Positions 1-9,891 of a stretch of 40,861 bases of DNA are shown piece by piece (within the stretch, counting starts at the first letter, position 1; each line of letters begins with the position of its first letter). The stretch is from assembly GCA_010092855.1 (NCBI GenBank), contig JAADYV010000285.1, positions 1 to 40,861 on the forward strand, written 5' to 3'. Origin of the DNA: Chloroflexota bacterium. GTDB taxonomy: Bacteria; Chloroflexota; Anaerolineae; Aggregatilineales; Aggregatilineaceae. The position numbers were made by a program, and so were the translations under genes. A model generated the notes under the pieces. The model saw nothing but the letters and a program-made list of their open reading frames with translations. It made no database searches and was not told where the DNA came from.

Positions 1-258
1 GGCGTGTTGGAGCATGTTGACGATTTCCAGGCCGGGATGCGCGAGATTACGCGCGTGCTCAAACCGGGGGGAATATTGCTGTTGGGGCTGCCCTTCCGCC
101 AGGCGCTGCACCTGGAGCCGCACGACTACTGGCGTTTCACCGAGTATGGGCTGCGCTACCTGCTGGAGGACGACTACGACATTCAACGCCTGGACCCGAT
201 TAACCTGACCGTGCCCAAGTTCCCGGCGTCGTACTGGATCAAGGCGCGGAAGAAGTAG
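1..258 (+). CDS. SAM-dependent methyltransferase, C-terminal fragment (5' end lies outside window)
   Basis: Frame 1 is open from base 1. The translation ..VLEHVDDFQAGMREITRVLKPGGILLLGLPF.. looks like the region after the SAM-binding motifs of class I (Methyltransf_11-like) enzymes. TAG stop at 256-258. Confidence 0.6.
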   Translation, partial: GVLEHVDDFQAGMREITRVLKPGGILLLGLPFRQALHLEPHDYWRFTEYGLRYLLEDDYDIQRLDPINLTVPKFPASYWIKARKK

Positions 259-263
259 CCACC

Positions 264-1373
264 ATGCGCGTTGCCTTCCTGACACCGGAGGTTATTCCCG
301 CCTATGGCTGGGCGCGCTACGGCGTGGACCTGGCGTATGCCCTGGGGCGGCAGAGGGTTGAGGTGGTCGCCGTGACCCAACGCGGATCGCTGCCACCCGA
401 TGCGGCGCACCTGCTGGCGGATGTGCGCCCGGTCCTGCCACAGCTCTATCCGCCGGTGCGCGGCTTCCTGGCCCGGTCACTGCTGGCGCTGCCGCAGACC
501 CGGCGCGCGGTGGCCGATTGTGACCTGGTGCACGTCATCGCGGAGCCGTATACCCCGTTGGGTGCGCTAGTGGGAGGGCGACGTCCGCTGGTGGTGACGG
601 CGCACGGCACTTACGTCCCGATGACGGCCCGGCGGCGGCTGGTTGGTGGCCTGTATCGCCGGGCCTATTGCCGCGCAGCGTTGATCGCCGTCAGTCGCTA
701 CACGGCAGAGCAAGTACAATCCGCGCTGCCCGGCGTTGATCCGGTCGTGATCCACAACGGCGTACACTACGACCAGTTCCAGCTTCCGGCAGACTGTCCC
801 CCAGAAAAGACGGGACCGGTCGTGCTGGCCACCGGCGGCGTCAAGGAACGCAAGGGCACGCACATGCTGGTCGCGGCGCTGGCGCGCGTGGTACAGCAGG
901 TGCCCGATGTCCAACTGGTGGTCACCGGTGGCCAGGAACCCGCATACCTGGCGCGGCTGCAATCGCAGATCGCGCGGTTGGGATTGGCGGATCGCGTGCT
1001 GCTGCCCGGTCATGTCACGCAATGTGAGCTGCTGGGCTGGTATCAGAGCGCGGACGTGTTTGCGCTGCCGTCGCAGAACGTGGGCCAGAAGTTCGAGGGC
1101 TTTGGCCTGGTGTTTCTGGAAGCCGGGGCGTGTGGGCTGCCCGTGATCGGCACCACTGGCAGCGGGGTGGAAGAGGCCGTGATCGACGGCGAGACCGGGC
1201 TGCTGGTGCCCCAGGACGACGCCGACGCGCTGGCGGACGCCATTGTGCGCCTGTTGACGGACCGGGCGCTGCACCAACGCCTGGGCACCGCCGGGCGCGA
1301 ACACGCACGCCAGCAAGATTGGTCCCACATCGCGGAGCGGGTGCAAGCGTTCTACGGGCAGATTTTGGGCTGA
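264..1373 (+). CDS. Glycosyltransferase, GT4 family (GT-B fold)
   Basis: 369-aa ORF with ATG at 264. The C-terminal half carries the typical GT4 signature ..FALPSQNVGQKFEGFGLVFLEAGACGLPVIGTTGSGVEEAVIDGETGLLV.. (E-x7-E type). Confidence 0.85.
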   Translation: MRVAFLTPEVIPAYGWARYGVDLAYALGRQRVEVVAVTQRGSLPPDAAHLLADVRPVLPQLYPPVRGFLARSLLALPQTRRAVADCDLVHVIAEPYTPLGALVGGRRPLVVTAHGTYVPMTARRRLVGGLYRRAYCRAALIAVSRYTAEQVQSALPGVDPVVIHNGVHYDQFQLPADCPPEKTGPVVLATGGVKERKGTHMLVAALARVVQQVPDVQLVVTGGQEPAYLARLQSQIARLGLADRVLLPGHVTQCELLGWYQSADVFALPSQNVGQKFEGFGLVFLEAGACGLPVIGTTGSGVEEAVIDGETGLLVPQDDADALADAIVRLLTDRALHQRLGTAGREHARQQDWSHIAERVQAFYGQILG

Positions 1374-1426
1374 AGTGGTATGCTTACGCGGAAATGGTGA
1401 GCGGAAAGTTACAGCAGGCAGCCTCA

Positions 1427-2695
1427 ATGCATATCGTCATGCTTTCGGACAATCTACCGCCCGAAGCGCCCGGTGGGGCCGGAAAAATCGCGTGGGAACT
1501 GGGCCGGGGCCTGATTGCCGCCGGGCACCGGGTTACGTTTGTGACCACCGTGCGCGACGAAACCCGCGTCGAGAACCGGCACGGGATCACGGTCCACGCC
1601 CTGCACGCACAGTATCCGGCGCGGTTTTCCGCCTGGCTGGGATTGTACAATCCCTGGACCGTTATCCCGCTGAACAACCTGCTGCGCGAGCTGTCGCCGG
1701 ACGTGGTGCACGCTCACTCAATCAGTTGGTATCTGAGTTACCACAGCCTCGTCATCGCGCAATATGCAGGAGCAGCTACTGTCTTCACTGCGCACGACGT
1801 GATGCCCTTCGCCTATGGTAAACTCTCTCATTTCGCATCACCGGACCGCCCGGATCAACTAGACGGCTGGGATTACCGCCTGCCGCCGGGTTACAACCTG
1901 CGCCGGATGCGGCTGCGCTGGAACCCATTTCGCAACCTGTCGATCCGGCACACGATGTTCCATTTTGTTGACCGGCGGGTGTCGGTAAGTCATGCGCTGA
2001 AGCAGGCATTGGAAGCCAACCGGCTGCCCCCGTTCCAGGCCGTGCACAATGGCGTGGACCCGGCGGCGTTTGCCGTGCCAGCGGCGAGTGTGGCGGCGCT
2101 GCGGCAGCGGCTGGGGCTGGAGGGGCGGCGCGTGATCCTGTTTGGCGGGCGGCTCAACCGGATGAAGGGCGACCTGCAACTGCTGGCCGCCCTGCGCAAA
2201 GTGAAAGCGCAGGTGCCGGATGTGACGCTGTTGGTGCTGGCGCGGTCTTCAGACTATGCTCAAAGCCTGGTGGCCGATCATCTAGATTTGACGACGACGC
2301 TGGTGTTCGGCGGCTGGCTGCAAGACGCTGAGCTGGCTGCCGCATACCGCCTGTCCCATGTGGTCGCTTCCCCCTCGATTTGTTTCGACTCGTTCCCGAC
2401 GATGAACCTGGAGGGTATGGCTGCCGGGGTGGTACCGGTGACGACGTGTTTCGGCGGCGGTGGTGAGGCCGTGCTCGATGGCGAAACGGGGTTTGTGGTT
2501 AATCCATACGATGTCGATACGCTGGCGGACCGGTTGATCACAGTGCTGACCGACGATGCATTGCGAGCGAAAATGGCCGAAGCAGGCCACCAGCGGTTTA
2601 TGCAATCCTTCACGTTGGAGCGACAGGTGAACGCTATGCTGGATGTCTATGCAACCGCCCTTGACAAGAAGCGCCGGGAAGAGGCAAACGGGTGA
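1427..2695 (+). CDS. Glycosyltransferase, GT4 family
   Basis: The track ORF 1130-2695 overlaps the previous gene. The in-frame ATG at 1427 gives MHIVMLSDNLPPEAPGGAGKIAWELGRGL.., a typical GT4 N-terminus (an ATG at 1394 is the alternative). The C-terminal part reads ..FDSFPTMNLEGMAAGVVPVTTCFGGGGEAVLDGETGFVV.. Confidence 0.8.
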   Translation: MHIVMLSDNLPPEAPGGAGKIAWELGRGLIAAGHRVTFVTTVRDETRVENRHGITVHALHAQYPARFSAWLGLYNPWTVIPLNNLLRELSPDVVHAHSISWYLSYHSLVIAQYAGAATVFTAHDVMPFAYGKLSHFASPDRPDQLDGWDYRLPPGYNLRRMRLRWNPFRNLSIRHTMFHFVDRRVSVSHALKQALEANRLPPFQAVHNGVDPAAFAVPAASVAALRQRLGLEGRRVILFGGRLNRMKGDLQLLAALRKVKAQVPDVTLLVLARSSDYAQSLVADHLDLTTTLVFGGWLQDAELAAAYRLSHVVASPSICFDSFPTMNLEGMAAGVVPVTTCFGGGGEAVLDGETGFVVNPYDVDTLADRLITVLTDDALRAKMAEAGHQRFMQSFTLERQVNAMLDVYATALDKKRREEANG

Positions 2696-3882
2696 TCATG
2701 CCGGAGACACGCTACAAAGTTGGTTGGCTGGCGCGCGGGCTGCTGCTGGTATTTGGTCTGCTGGTTGCATTGGTACTGGTCGAGATCGGTGGGCGGGTGG
2801 TGGCCGGCTTTGAGCCACTGCCCCGCTGGACCCAACGCTTCAATGCGAAAGTGGGGTATGAACTGCGCCCGCACAATGAATATACCTACGCCAGCGTGAA
2901 CGGAGAATTCGAGAACCTGGTCCGCACCAACAGTCGCGGTTTGCATGACGTCGAACACACGCTCGATAAGCCGCGCGATACGTTTCGCATCCTGATCGTG
3001 TCGGATTCCTACGGGCAGGCACGTGAGGTGCCGTTGGCGATCAACTTTGCGCGCCAACTGGAAGTGCTGCTGAACGCAAACCCGGCCCAGCCGGTCACTT
3101 TCGAAGTGATCAACGCCGGGCAGTTTGGCCTGGGGACCACGCAGGAATACCTCTATTACCGGTACGAGGGGAGCAAATACGATCCCGACCTGGTGCTGCT
3201 CGGTTTTTACGTTGGCAATGACGTGGTGGATAACCACGCGCCGCTCATCCGGGCCTGGAACGACATAAATACGGTCGATTTTCCCTACTATTCGCCCGAC
3301 GGCACGCTGCACCAACCCGGCACCACGACCCGGCGGCAAACCATGAGCTGGCTGCGGAACAACGTGTACCTGGTTCATGCCATTGCTACCGGTGAGCAGC
3401 CAGACCGCGTTGAAGTCGGCGATTCGGACCTGTCTGGTGCGGCTTTGCGGGTGCCGATGGGTATCTACCTGCCGCCCGACGACGTGTGGCAGGATGCCTG
3501 GGCGGTGACGGAACTCGTGCTTGGTGAATTTGACACCGAGGTCGCCGGCGATGATGCGCAGTTGGCTGTGTTTGTCATCCCGGATCGCCGCCAACTGTAT
3601 GCAGCCGACTGGGACGCGACGCTGGCCCGCCTGCCCGATCTCGACCCGGCTGCGCTTGACCGGGAACGTCCGACCCGGACGGTGATCGATATCCTGGGCG
3701 AACTGGACATTCCTGCGCTTAACCTGCTGGAGCCGTTTCAGGCCGCAGACGAGCGATTGTACTTCGAGGGCGATGGCCATTTTAACCCCGCCGGGCATAC
3801 GCTCACCGCGCAGACCCTGGCCACCTGGCTGGTTGATACCGAGTTGATTCCCCTGGCAGACGTGGGAGGGACCCCAGATTGA
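2692..3882 (+). CDS. Membrane-anchored SGNH/GDSL-like hydrolase (possible glycan O-acyl esterase/transferase, AlgJ/AlgX-like)
   Basis: GTG at 2692 overlaps the upstream TGA (GTGA); ATG at 2698 is the alternative. There is an N-terminal TM helix (LLLVFGLLVALVLVEIGG), a block-I-like FRILIVSDSYG and a C-terminal GDGHFNPAGH (D-x-x-H block). Confidence 0.6.
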   Translation: MIMPETRYKVGWLARGLLLVFGLLVALVLVEIGGRVVAGFEPLPRWTQRFNAKVGYELRPHNEYTYASVNGEFENLVRTNSRGLHDVEHTLDKPRDTFRILIVSDSYGQAREVPLAINFARQLEVLLNANPAQPVTFEVINAGQFGLGTTQEYLYYRYEGSKYDPDLVLLGFYVGNDVVDNHAPLIRAWNDINTVDFPYYSPDGTLHQPGTTTRRQTMSWLRNNVYLVHAIATGEQPDRVEVGDSDLSGAALRVPMGIYLPPDDVWQDAWAVTELVLGEFDTEVAGDDAQLAVFVIPDRRQLYAADWDATLARLPDLDPAALDRERPTRTVIDILGELDIPALNLLEPFQAADERLYFEGDGHFNPAGHTLTAQTLATWLVDTELIPLADVGGTPD

Positions 3883-5066
3883 AACTCTTTATCATCGTTT
3901 CCTCCCTGGACCTGACGCAGCCCTTCAGCGCTACCCCCGCCTGGTGGCAGTTGTTCAAGGGGCTGTACGAGATCGGCGTGGACGTGATCGCGGCCCCATA
4001 TCAAGGCCCGGCAATTGAGTCCCCGTGGTGGCGCGCGGCTCCCAACCCGACCCGGCGCGAAGGGGACGCCTTCAAGCTGCTGCGTGATAGCTGGCAGCGC
4101 TTCGGTGGACGCGGTCCCACCCAGGCCAGCGGCGAGCAGGTGGAGGGCGAAAGCCTATCGGACCGGCTGGTGCGGCGCACGGCCCAGACCGTGATCGCTC
4201 CCCGCTGGCGACGCTACATGGACCGCATGTTGGCCCAGCACCCGGATATCGACGCCGTGCTGGTCATCACCGTGCCGCTGAACCACGTCACCGGGCTGGC
4301 GCGTCACATCACCGAACGGCACGACAAGCCGGTGTTTTTCTACGATGGTGACGTGCCCGCCTCGCTGCCCAACTTCCGGGGTTTTGCGTCCGGCTTTCGT
4401 TTCTACCAGGGCGCGGACCCGCCCGAATACACGGCGTTTTTCTCCAACAGCCTGGGCGGAGCGGAAGGCTTGCGGGAACTGGGTGCGCGCGCCGTCCATC
4501 CGCTGTACTACGGTGCCGACCCGGACCTGTTCGCGCCGCTCGACATTGCGCAGGATATCGACGCATTTTTCTATGGGCATGGGCGGGAATATCGCGCCGA
4601 GTGGATCGACGTACTGCTGCGTGACGCGAGCCAGGCGCTGCCGGAGCGACGGTTTGCCGTGCGCGGTACCCACCTGGGCGACCTGGGCCGGGTGGAACTG
4701 CTGCCCTACCTGTCCTTTAGCAAGCTGCGCGAATATGCCTGCCGCAGCAAGCTCAACCTGGTGATCACGCGCAAAGCCCACGCGTCGGTCTTCGCCTCGT
4801 CCAGCTCGCGCCCGTTCGAGCTGGCGGCACTGGGTGCGTGCATGGTGTGCAGTCCGTATGCGGGCATCGAAACGTGGTTCGAGCCGGGCCGCGAGTTGAT
4901 CGTGGTGGGCAGTGGCGAAGAAGCGCTGGACCGCTACCGCTGGCTGCTGGATCACGACACGGAACGGCGCACCATCGGGGCGGCAGCGCGCGAACGCCTG
5001 CTCGCCGAGCACACTTTCCGCCACCGCGCCCGGCAGTTGGTCGAGACGATTCAAGGGTACCTATGA
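3879..5066 (+). CDS. CgeB-like glycosyltransferase (Glyco_trans_1_2 / DUF3880-type)
   Basis: TTG start overlaps the upstream stop. The C-terminus ..SRPFELAALGACMVCSPYAGIETWFEPGRELIVVGSGEEALDRYRWLLDHDTERRTIGAAARERLLAEHTFRHRARQL.. matches the CgeB-family pattern as I remember it. Confidence 0.65.
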   Translation: MKLFIIVSSLDLTQPFSATPAWWQLFKGLYEIGVDVIAAPYQGPAIESPWWRAAPNPTRREGDAFKLLRDSWQRFGGRGPTQASGEQVEGESLSDRLVRRTAQTVIAPRWRRYMDRMLAQHPDIDAVLVITVPLNHVTGLARHITERHDKPVFFYDGDVPASLPNFRGFASGFRFYQGADPPEYTAFFSNSLGGAEGLRELGARAVHPLYYGADPDLFAPLDIAQDIDAFFYGHGREYRAEWIDVLLRDASQALPERRFAVRGTHLGDLGRVELLPYLSFSKLREYACRSKLNLVITRKAHASVFASSSSRPFELAALGACMVCSPYAGIETWFEPGRELIVVGSGEEALDRYRWLLDHDTERRTIGAAARERLLAEHTFRHRARQLVETIQGYL

Positions 5067-5779
5067 GCGAGAAAACTCCACCGGCCCCGGTCCCGAACCC
5101 GGAGCATGATGTTGCTCCACCCCCGGCGATGCTCTCGGCGCAGGCGTTGCACATGGCGCTGGATACGCCCTGGAAGGTGCGGCTGGAACTGCGCCGGATG
5201 CTGTGCCTGCCGGCGGCGCGGCTGGTTTTTGCGCTGGCCGGGATCAGTTGGGGGCGCGGCTGGCGCTTGTACGGCGTTCCGATTGTGCAGAAGCACCGCC
5301 GCAGTACGCTGACCATTGGCGACCGTCTGGAACTGCGTTCGATCCCGCACAGCAACGCGCTGGGACCATTCCACGCGGTTATACTCTCCACCCGGCGGCC
5401 CGGCACAAGGCTTGTCATCGGACGCGGGTTTGGCATGACGGGCGGCACCATCTGCGCCGAGGAGTCGATCACGATTGGTGACGACGTGTGGGTGGGCGGC
5501 AATTGCACCATTACCGACACCGACTTCCACCCGCTGGACCTGGCGACCCGGTTGGCGCGCCCGCTGGACGGCGCAACCGCCCCGGTTTCCATCGAGGACG
5601 GGGTGTTCATCGGGATGCAGTCGTTGATCCTGAAGGGCGTCACCATTGGCGCGCACAGCGTCATCGGCGCGGGGAGCGTAGTCACCCGCGACATCCCGTC
5701 GGGTGTGATTGCGGGGGGCAATCCCGCGCGCGTTATTCGTCCGCTGATGGCCGACCACTCCGGCGAAAACGAGCCGTAA
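5063..5779 (+). CDS. Hexapeptide-repeat (left-handed beta-helix) O-acetyltransferase, WcaF/maltose-acetyltransferase-like
   Basis: In-frame ATG at 5063 overlaps the upstream stop (ATGA). Hexapeptide repeats are visible: ..IGDDVWVGGNCTITDTDFHPLD..IEDGVFIGMQSLILKGVTIGAHSVIGAGSVVTRDIPSGVIAGGNPARVIRPL. Confidence 0.8.
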   Translation: MSEKTPPAPVPNPEHDVAPPPAMLSAQALHMALDTPWKVRLELRRMLCLPAARLVFALAGISWGRGWRLYGVPIVQKHRRSTLTIGDRLELRSIPHSNALGPFHAVILSTRRPGTRLVIGRGFGMTGGTICAEESITIGDDVWVGGNCTITDTDFHPLDLATRLARPLDGATAPVSIEDGVFIGMQSLILKGVTIGAHSVIGAGSVVTRDIPSGVIAGGNPARVIRPLMADHSGENEP

Positions 5780-5814
5780 ACGTTTCACGAGCGAAAGGCA
5801 GCCCTACAAAGCCT

Positions 5815-7716
5815 ATGAATGCACTCTGGTACCTGTTGTGGATCGTGTTCCTGCTGGGGATGGGCCTGTTGGGGCAGTCGCTGCTGCAGCGGGCAGCGCG
5901 TGTTGGGCTGGGCGCGGCGCTGTTTCTGGCGCTGGTGGTGGATGGGGTGTGGCTGCTGGCTCCAGTGCTGGACTGGTCCGCCGACCTCAACACGGCGGTT
6001 GGGCTGCTGGTCTTTGCATTGTTTGCGGGCAGCGCGGCCCTGGACCCTGGTTGGAGTACCGTGGCCCCAGGCGAGCAGACGATTACGCGCCGCTGGCCCA
6101 GTGTGCGCGATGGGGTGTTCCTGCTGCTGGTCATCGCGGGTTTTGGCGCGGTGGTGCTGGTGCTGCCCGTGCCGCTGGACACCGATGCGCAGGGCTTTGG
6201 CTACCTGGCGCTGCAACTGCGCGAAAGCGGTGACCATACATCACTCGCCCCCTGGCATCCAGAAATCGACTACCTCTATTCACCCGCTTTTCCCGGCCTG
6301 GTCGCGCATCTGAGTGTGGTGTCTGGCCTCGGCATTCACGTTGTGCAGATGATCGTGGGCGCGGGGGCGGCGGTGCTGTTCGTGTGGCTGGCGTATGACC
6401 TGGGGAATGAACTCGACGGGCCGCGCATGGGTCGTGCGTTTATGCTGGCGGCGCTGGGCGGGACCGGGCTGCTGACCGCGTTCATGGACTCGCACTATAC
6501 GGCGGTGCTGGCGCTGACGTTTTCATTGGCCTTCCTGACGTTCGTGCTGCGATACCTGGCCGACCGGCGCGGGACGGATGCTGTCTTTGCCGCCATTTGC
6601 CTGGCAGCGGTGCCGCTTTCTCAGCCGGATACCACTCTTGCCCTGATGATCGGCTACGGTCCCTGGCTGGTCGTACTGTGGTGGGCGCGGCCACGCCCCT
6701 CCTGGCAAGCCTGGTTGGTGCTCACGGTTGCCATTCCCGCCACTGCACTGTTGATCGTGACGCCCTGGTTATTCAGCATCCGCGATCTGCTGAATTCGAG
6801 CATCGAGTCGCCGTTTGAGGTCGAGCTATCGCATCTGGGCACGATGGTGGCCATGCACGGCGGGGTGGTGGCGCTGTTGGCGGTGGGCGGCATGGTGCTC
6901 GCACTGCGCCAGCGGCACCCGGCGCAGTTGCTGGCGGTGGTGTGGCTGGCTGGCATCGTGGAATTCGCCGCGCTAGGCTTGCTAGAGCGCACGATTCCCA
7001 CCCTGGTCGAGCCGCTGCTCAAGTACGACTATCCCTTCAGCCTGGCGTGGCACGGCCCGATCATCCCCTACACCATATTAGGCGGGACAGCGCTGGTCTG
7101 GCTGGCGGACCGGTGGGGCAGCGGGCGGCTGGATCGCTGGCTCCACCGGCTGGCGCTGCCGGGGATGGGGCTGCTGGCGGTGACATTGATGGTCTGCGTG
7201 ATCGGATTTGATATACTATTGAAACTCAGCAAGGAGTACGTCACCTTCTACGGCGCGTTTTCATCTGAGGCGGACGTGGACGCCATGCTGTGGCTGCGCG
7301 ATCATGCGCCGGACGACGCGCGTATTCTCAACCATCCGGGTCCGCACGAAGGCGACTGGGTTCCCGTCATCACCGAGCGGGACACGGTCTTTTTTCGTCC
7401 CCAGCCGTTCTTCCGCCATACTGAATATTCCGAAGCCGAACAGGATGCCTTGCGCGCGTTCTGGCTGAATCCGACTGATCCCGCGAATGCTGAGCGGTTG
7501 CGCGCGGCAGGGGTGGATTACGTGCTGGTACCGCAGGTGTTTGGCGATCCAGAGAGTTATGACGACATGATTCGCTGGCAGCGTCCCTTGCCCGAAGCCA
7601 GGTCGTATGCAGCGGCTCCTATCAGTGAGGAGATTCCCTTTTTGCGGTTGGTGTATGAAAAGGACGGGGCGCAGGTGTACTGGGTGCTGCACGCAATGAC
7701 CCCGCCTGGGGAATGA
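5815..7716 (+). CDS. Large polytopic membrane protein (633 aa), candidate GT-C-type glycosyltransferase or polymerase; function unknown
   Basis: In-frame ATG at 5815 (MNALWYLLWIVFLLGMGLL..). I count at least 10 hydrophobic segments, followed by a ~170-aa soluble C-terminal domain. It sits inside the GT cluster. I recognise no diagnostic motif with certainty. Confidence 0.6.
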   Translation: MNALWYLLWIVFLLGMGLLGQSLLQRAARVGLGAALFLALVVDGVWLLAPVLDWSADLNTAVGLLVFALFAGSAALDPGWSTVAPGEQTITRRWPSVRDGVFLLLVIAGFGAVVLVLPVPLDTDAQGFGYLALQLRESGDHTSLAPWHPEIDYLYSPAFPGLVAHLSVVSGLGIHVVQMIVGAGAAVLFVWLAYDLGNELDGPRMGRAFMLAALGGTGLLTAFMDSHYTAVLALTFSLAFLTFVLRYLADRRGTDAVFAAICLAAVPLSQPDTTLALMIGYGPWLVVLWWARPRPSWQAWLVLTVAIPATALLIVTPWLFSIRDLLNSSIESPFEVELSHLGTMVAMHGGVVALLAVGGMVLALRQRHPAQLLAVVWLAGIVEFAALGLLERTIPTLVEPLLKYDYPFSLAWHGPIIPYTILGGTALVWLADRWGSGRLDRWLHRLALPGMGLLAVTLMVCVIGFDILLKLSKEYVTFYGAFSSEADVDAMLWLRDHAPDDARILNHPGPHEGDWVPVITERDTVFFRPQPFFRHTEYSEAEQDALRAFWLNPTDPANAERLRAAGVDYVLVPQVFGDPESYDDMIRWQRPLPEARSYAAAPISEEIPFLRLVYEKDGAQVYWVLHAMTPPGE

Positions 7717-7837
7717 GCGGCGGGGTCGAAGGATAATGCGCGTCGCAGGCAACCTGAGGTTGCTAACGATACAAGTAATACCAAACACTGCGGTGTTTTG
7801 TCAAATTTTCGTCATCCATTCATAAGGTAAGCGCCAG

Positions 7838-7865
7838 TTGACAGTCATGTTGGCGCAAGTACAAT
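7838..7865 (+). promoter_or_regulatory. Sigma70-like promoter candidate: TTGACA - 16 nt - TACAAT
   Basis: TTGACA at 7838-7843 and TACAAT at 7860-7865 lie in the only sizeable AT-richer gap (7717-7901) of the GT cluster, about 37 nt upstream of the ATG at 7902. Confidence 0.4.
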
Positions 7866-7901
7866 GTCTTGACATATTGTTCATGTTCGGCAGTTAGAGA
7901 C

Positions 7902-8939
7902 ATGGATATTTCGCTTATCACCTCTGTATACCGCGCCGCCACGCACCTGGGTTCCTACGCCGGGTACGTGGTGGATGTGGCAACGCGCATCCGTGCGGTG
8001 GGGCTGGCGCTGGAAATCATCATCGTGGCCAATGACGCCACGCCCCCGGAACGCGCAACGTTGGAGCAGTTGGCCGCTGCGACAGCCCAAGATGCAACCG
8101 TGCGCGCGCTGTACGTCCCGCGCGAGACGATTTACGCCTCGTGGAACCGGGGCATCCGCGCCGCGACGGGCACCACCCTCGGCTTCTGGAACGTCGATGA
8201 CCAGCGCAGCGCAGCAGCCCTGGTGGAAGGCCACCGCTTGATCCAGGACGGGTGCCGGTTGGTGTATTTCCCCTTTCTGGAAGTCCAGCCGCGTCAGGTG
8301 TTGGGCCTGTGGCCAGTGGAGCGCGAATTCCCCAGCCGCACCCCGCCCTTCGACCGCCGGGATTTTTCGGAGCATATGTATGTGGGGCCGTTCTTTCTCT
8401 TCGTCCGCGACCTGTACCAGCAGGTCGGCCCGTTTGACGAGGATTTCCGCATTGCGGGTGACTTCGAGTGGGCGGTGCGCGCGGCGGCGGTGACCGACTT
8501 TTGCCATGCGCCGGTGCTGGCGGGACGGTTTGTGCTGCACGGCGGCAACCTGAGCGGCACGCAAAATCCGTTGCAGCAAGTCGAAGACAACATCATCCAC
8601 TTGCGGCGGGAAGCGTGGCGCTGCCTGCTGCCCGCCCAACCGGACCTGATGCGTGACTGCTGGTTCTCATGGGGTAGCCAGGGCCAATCGCTGTCCCCAG
8701 AGATTGAGGCGCAGTTATGGGGGCCGGATGCAGCGGCGCGGTATGCTGCATGGCTCCGCGAACAGCAGGTCCAACGCCGCCGGCGCTGGCGTGTCCAACT
8801 GGCCGAGATGCTGCGCAGTGCTCCGCGTTGGGTTATCAACCGGGCCGGGCTGCGAACTTATCTGGCGCGGTGGGGTGTGGTAAAATCGGTGGCGATGACG
8901 GCGCAGCCCAAGCAGCTCCGAGAATGGCCCGATGACTGA
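7902..8939 (+). CDS. Glycosyltransferase family 2-like protein
   Basis: ATG at 7902 (MDISLITSVYRAA..) has a GT-A-type beta1 start and NVDD as a DXD-like motif. The track start at 7869 (TTG) is less likely given the promoter position. Confidence 0.65.
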   Translation: MDISLITSVYRAATHLGSYAGYVVDVATRIRAVGLALEIIIVANDATPPERATLEQLAAATAQDATVRALYVPRETIYASWNRGIRAATGTTLGFWNVDDQRSAAALVEGHRLIQDGCRLVYFPFLEVQPRQVLGLWPVEREFPSRTPPFDRRDFSEHMYVGPFFLFVRDLYQQVGPFDEDFRIAGDFEWAVRAAAVTDFCHAPVLAGRFVLHGGNLSGTQNPLQQVEDNIIHLRREAWRCLLPAQPDLMRDCWFSWGSQGQSLSPEIEAQLWGPDAAARYAAWLREQQVQRRRRWRVQLAEMLRSAPRWVINRAGLRTYLARWGVVKSVAMTAQPKQLREWPDD

Positions 8940-9891
8940 GGTTTCCCCGCTGGTCAGCATCATTATTCCCGCCTACAACAACCGGCGCACGATTTGCGAC
9001 GCGGTAGACAGCGCGCTGGCACAAACCCACCCCCGCTGCGAGATCGTCGTGGTCGATGACGGCTCAACTGATGGCACGCGCGAACTGCTCCAGGAGCGCT
9101 ATGGCGACCGCATCCAGATCATCCACCAGGCGAACGCGGGTCCCGCTGCGGCGCGCAACGCCGGTTTGTGGCGCGCCCAGGGCGACTATGTCAACTACCT
9201 GGATGGGGACGATTTGCTGGCTTCCACCAAGATCGCGCGCTGCCTGGAGGTGATCGACCAGCAGCAAGACTCCGTTATTGTGTACACCGGTTTCCAATTT
9301 GTGGCGGCGGACGGGGTGACGCCGTTGCCCGCCGAAACTCCCCCCGCGCCGTCGGGTGATATTTTCTGCGACCTGCTGCTGGGCAGCCCGATCACGATCC
9401 ATGCGCCGCTGGTGCCGCGCCAGGCGCTGATCGATGTGGGCGGCATGAACGAAGATTTGCAGCAGTCGGAAGACCGGGACCTATGGGTGCGGCTGGCGCA
9501 GGAGCATGACTTTCTGTATGTGGACGAGCCGCTGACAATGTACCGGCTCCACGACGATGCGCTGCACGTTGATGTGCAGCAGCGATTGGAAGGGCGCTTG
9601 ATGGCGCTGCAACTGGCCCGATACTATCCCAAGCGCCAGGCGTGTTATGATGACGCGACGTATGATCACCTGGTGGCGGGTACGCATCACCAGCTGGCGG
9701 TGGTGTACTGGCAGCACGGCGCGCGCGTGTTGGCCCGTGGCCAGTTGCGGTCCGCGCAGGCCCTCGCCCCGTCGGCGATGCGGCGGGTGCTGCTGGCGAT
9801 GAGTTATGCGTTTCCGGCCCGCGCGGTGACGTGGTTGGAACGGGTTATCGGTGTAGTCAAAGGAAGGCGACAAAGTGGAACCGCTGGTTAG
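8932..9891 (+). CDS. Glycosyltransferase family 2
   Basis: VSIIIPAYNNRRTICDAVDSALAQTHPRCEIVVVDDGSTDGT..NAGPAAARNAGL..YLDGDDLL is a classic GT2 N-domain. The ATG overlaps the upstream stop. Confidence 0.85.
   Translation: MTEVSPLVSIIIPAYNNRRTICDAVDSALAQTHPRCEIVVVDDGSTDGTRELLQERYGDRIQIIHQANAGPAAARNAGLWRAQGDYVNYLDGDDLLASTKIARCLEVIDQQQDSVIVYTGFQFVAADGVTPLPAETPPAPSGDIFCDLLLGSPITIHAPLVPRQALIDVGGMNEDLQQSEDRDLWVRLAQEHDFLYVDEPLTMYRLHDDALHVDVQQRLEGRLMALQLARYYPKRQACYDDATYDHLVAGTHHQLAVVYWQHGARVLARGQLRSAQALAPSAMRRVLLAMSYAFPARAVTWLERVIGVVKGRRQSGTAG

Noticed and set aside
1130-1426. N-terminal extensions of track ORFs (1130-1426, 4838-5062, 5488-5814, 7869-7901, 17882-18004, 27355-27396, 30263-30328, 30733-30762)
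   Set aside because: These extensions overlap the preceding gene or lack coding character. Internal starts give canonical N-termini, signal peptides, SD sequences or stop/start overlaps.
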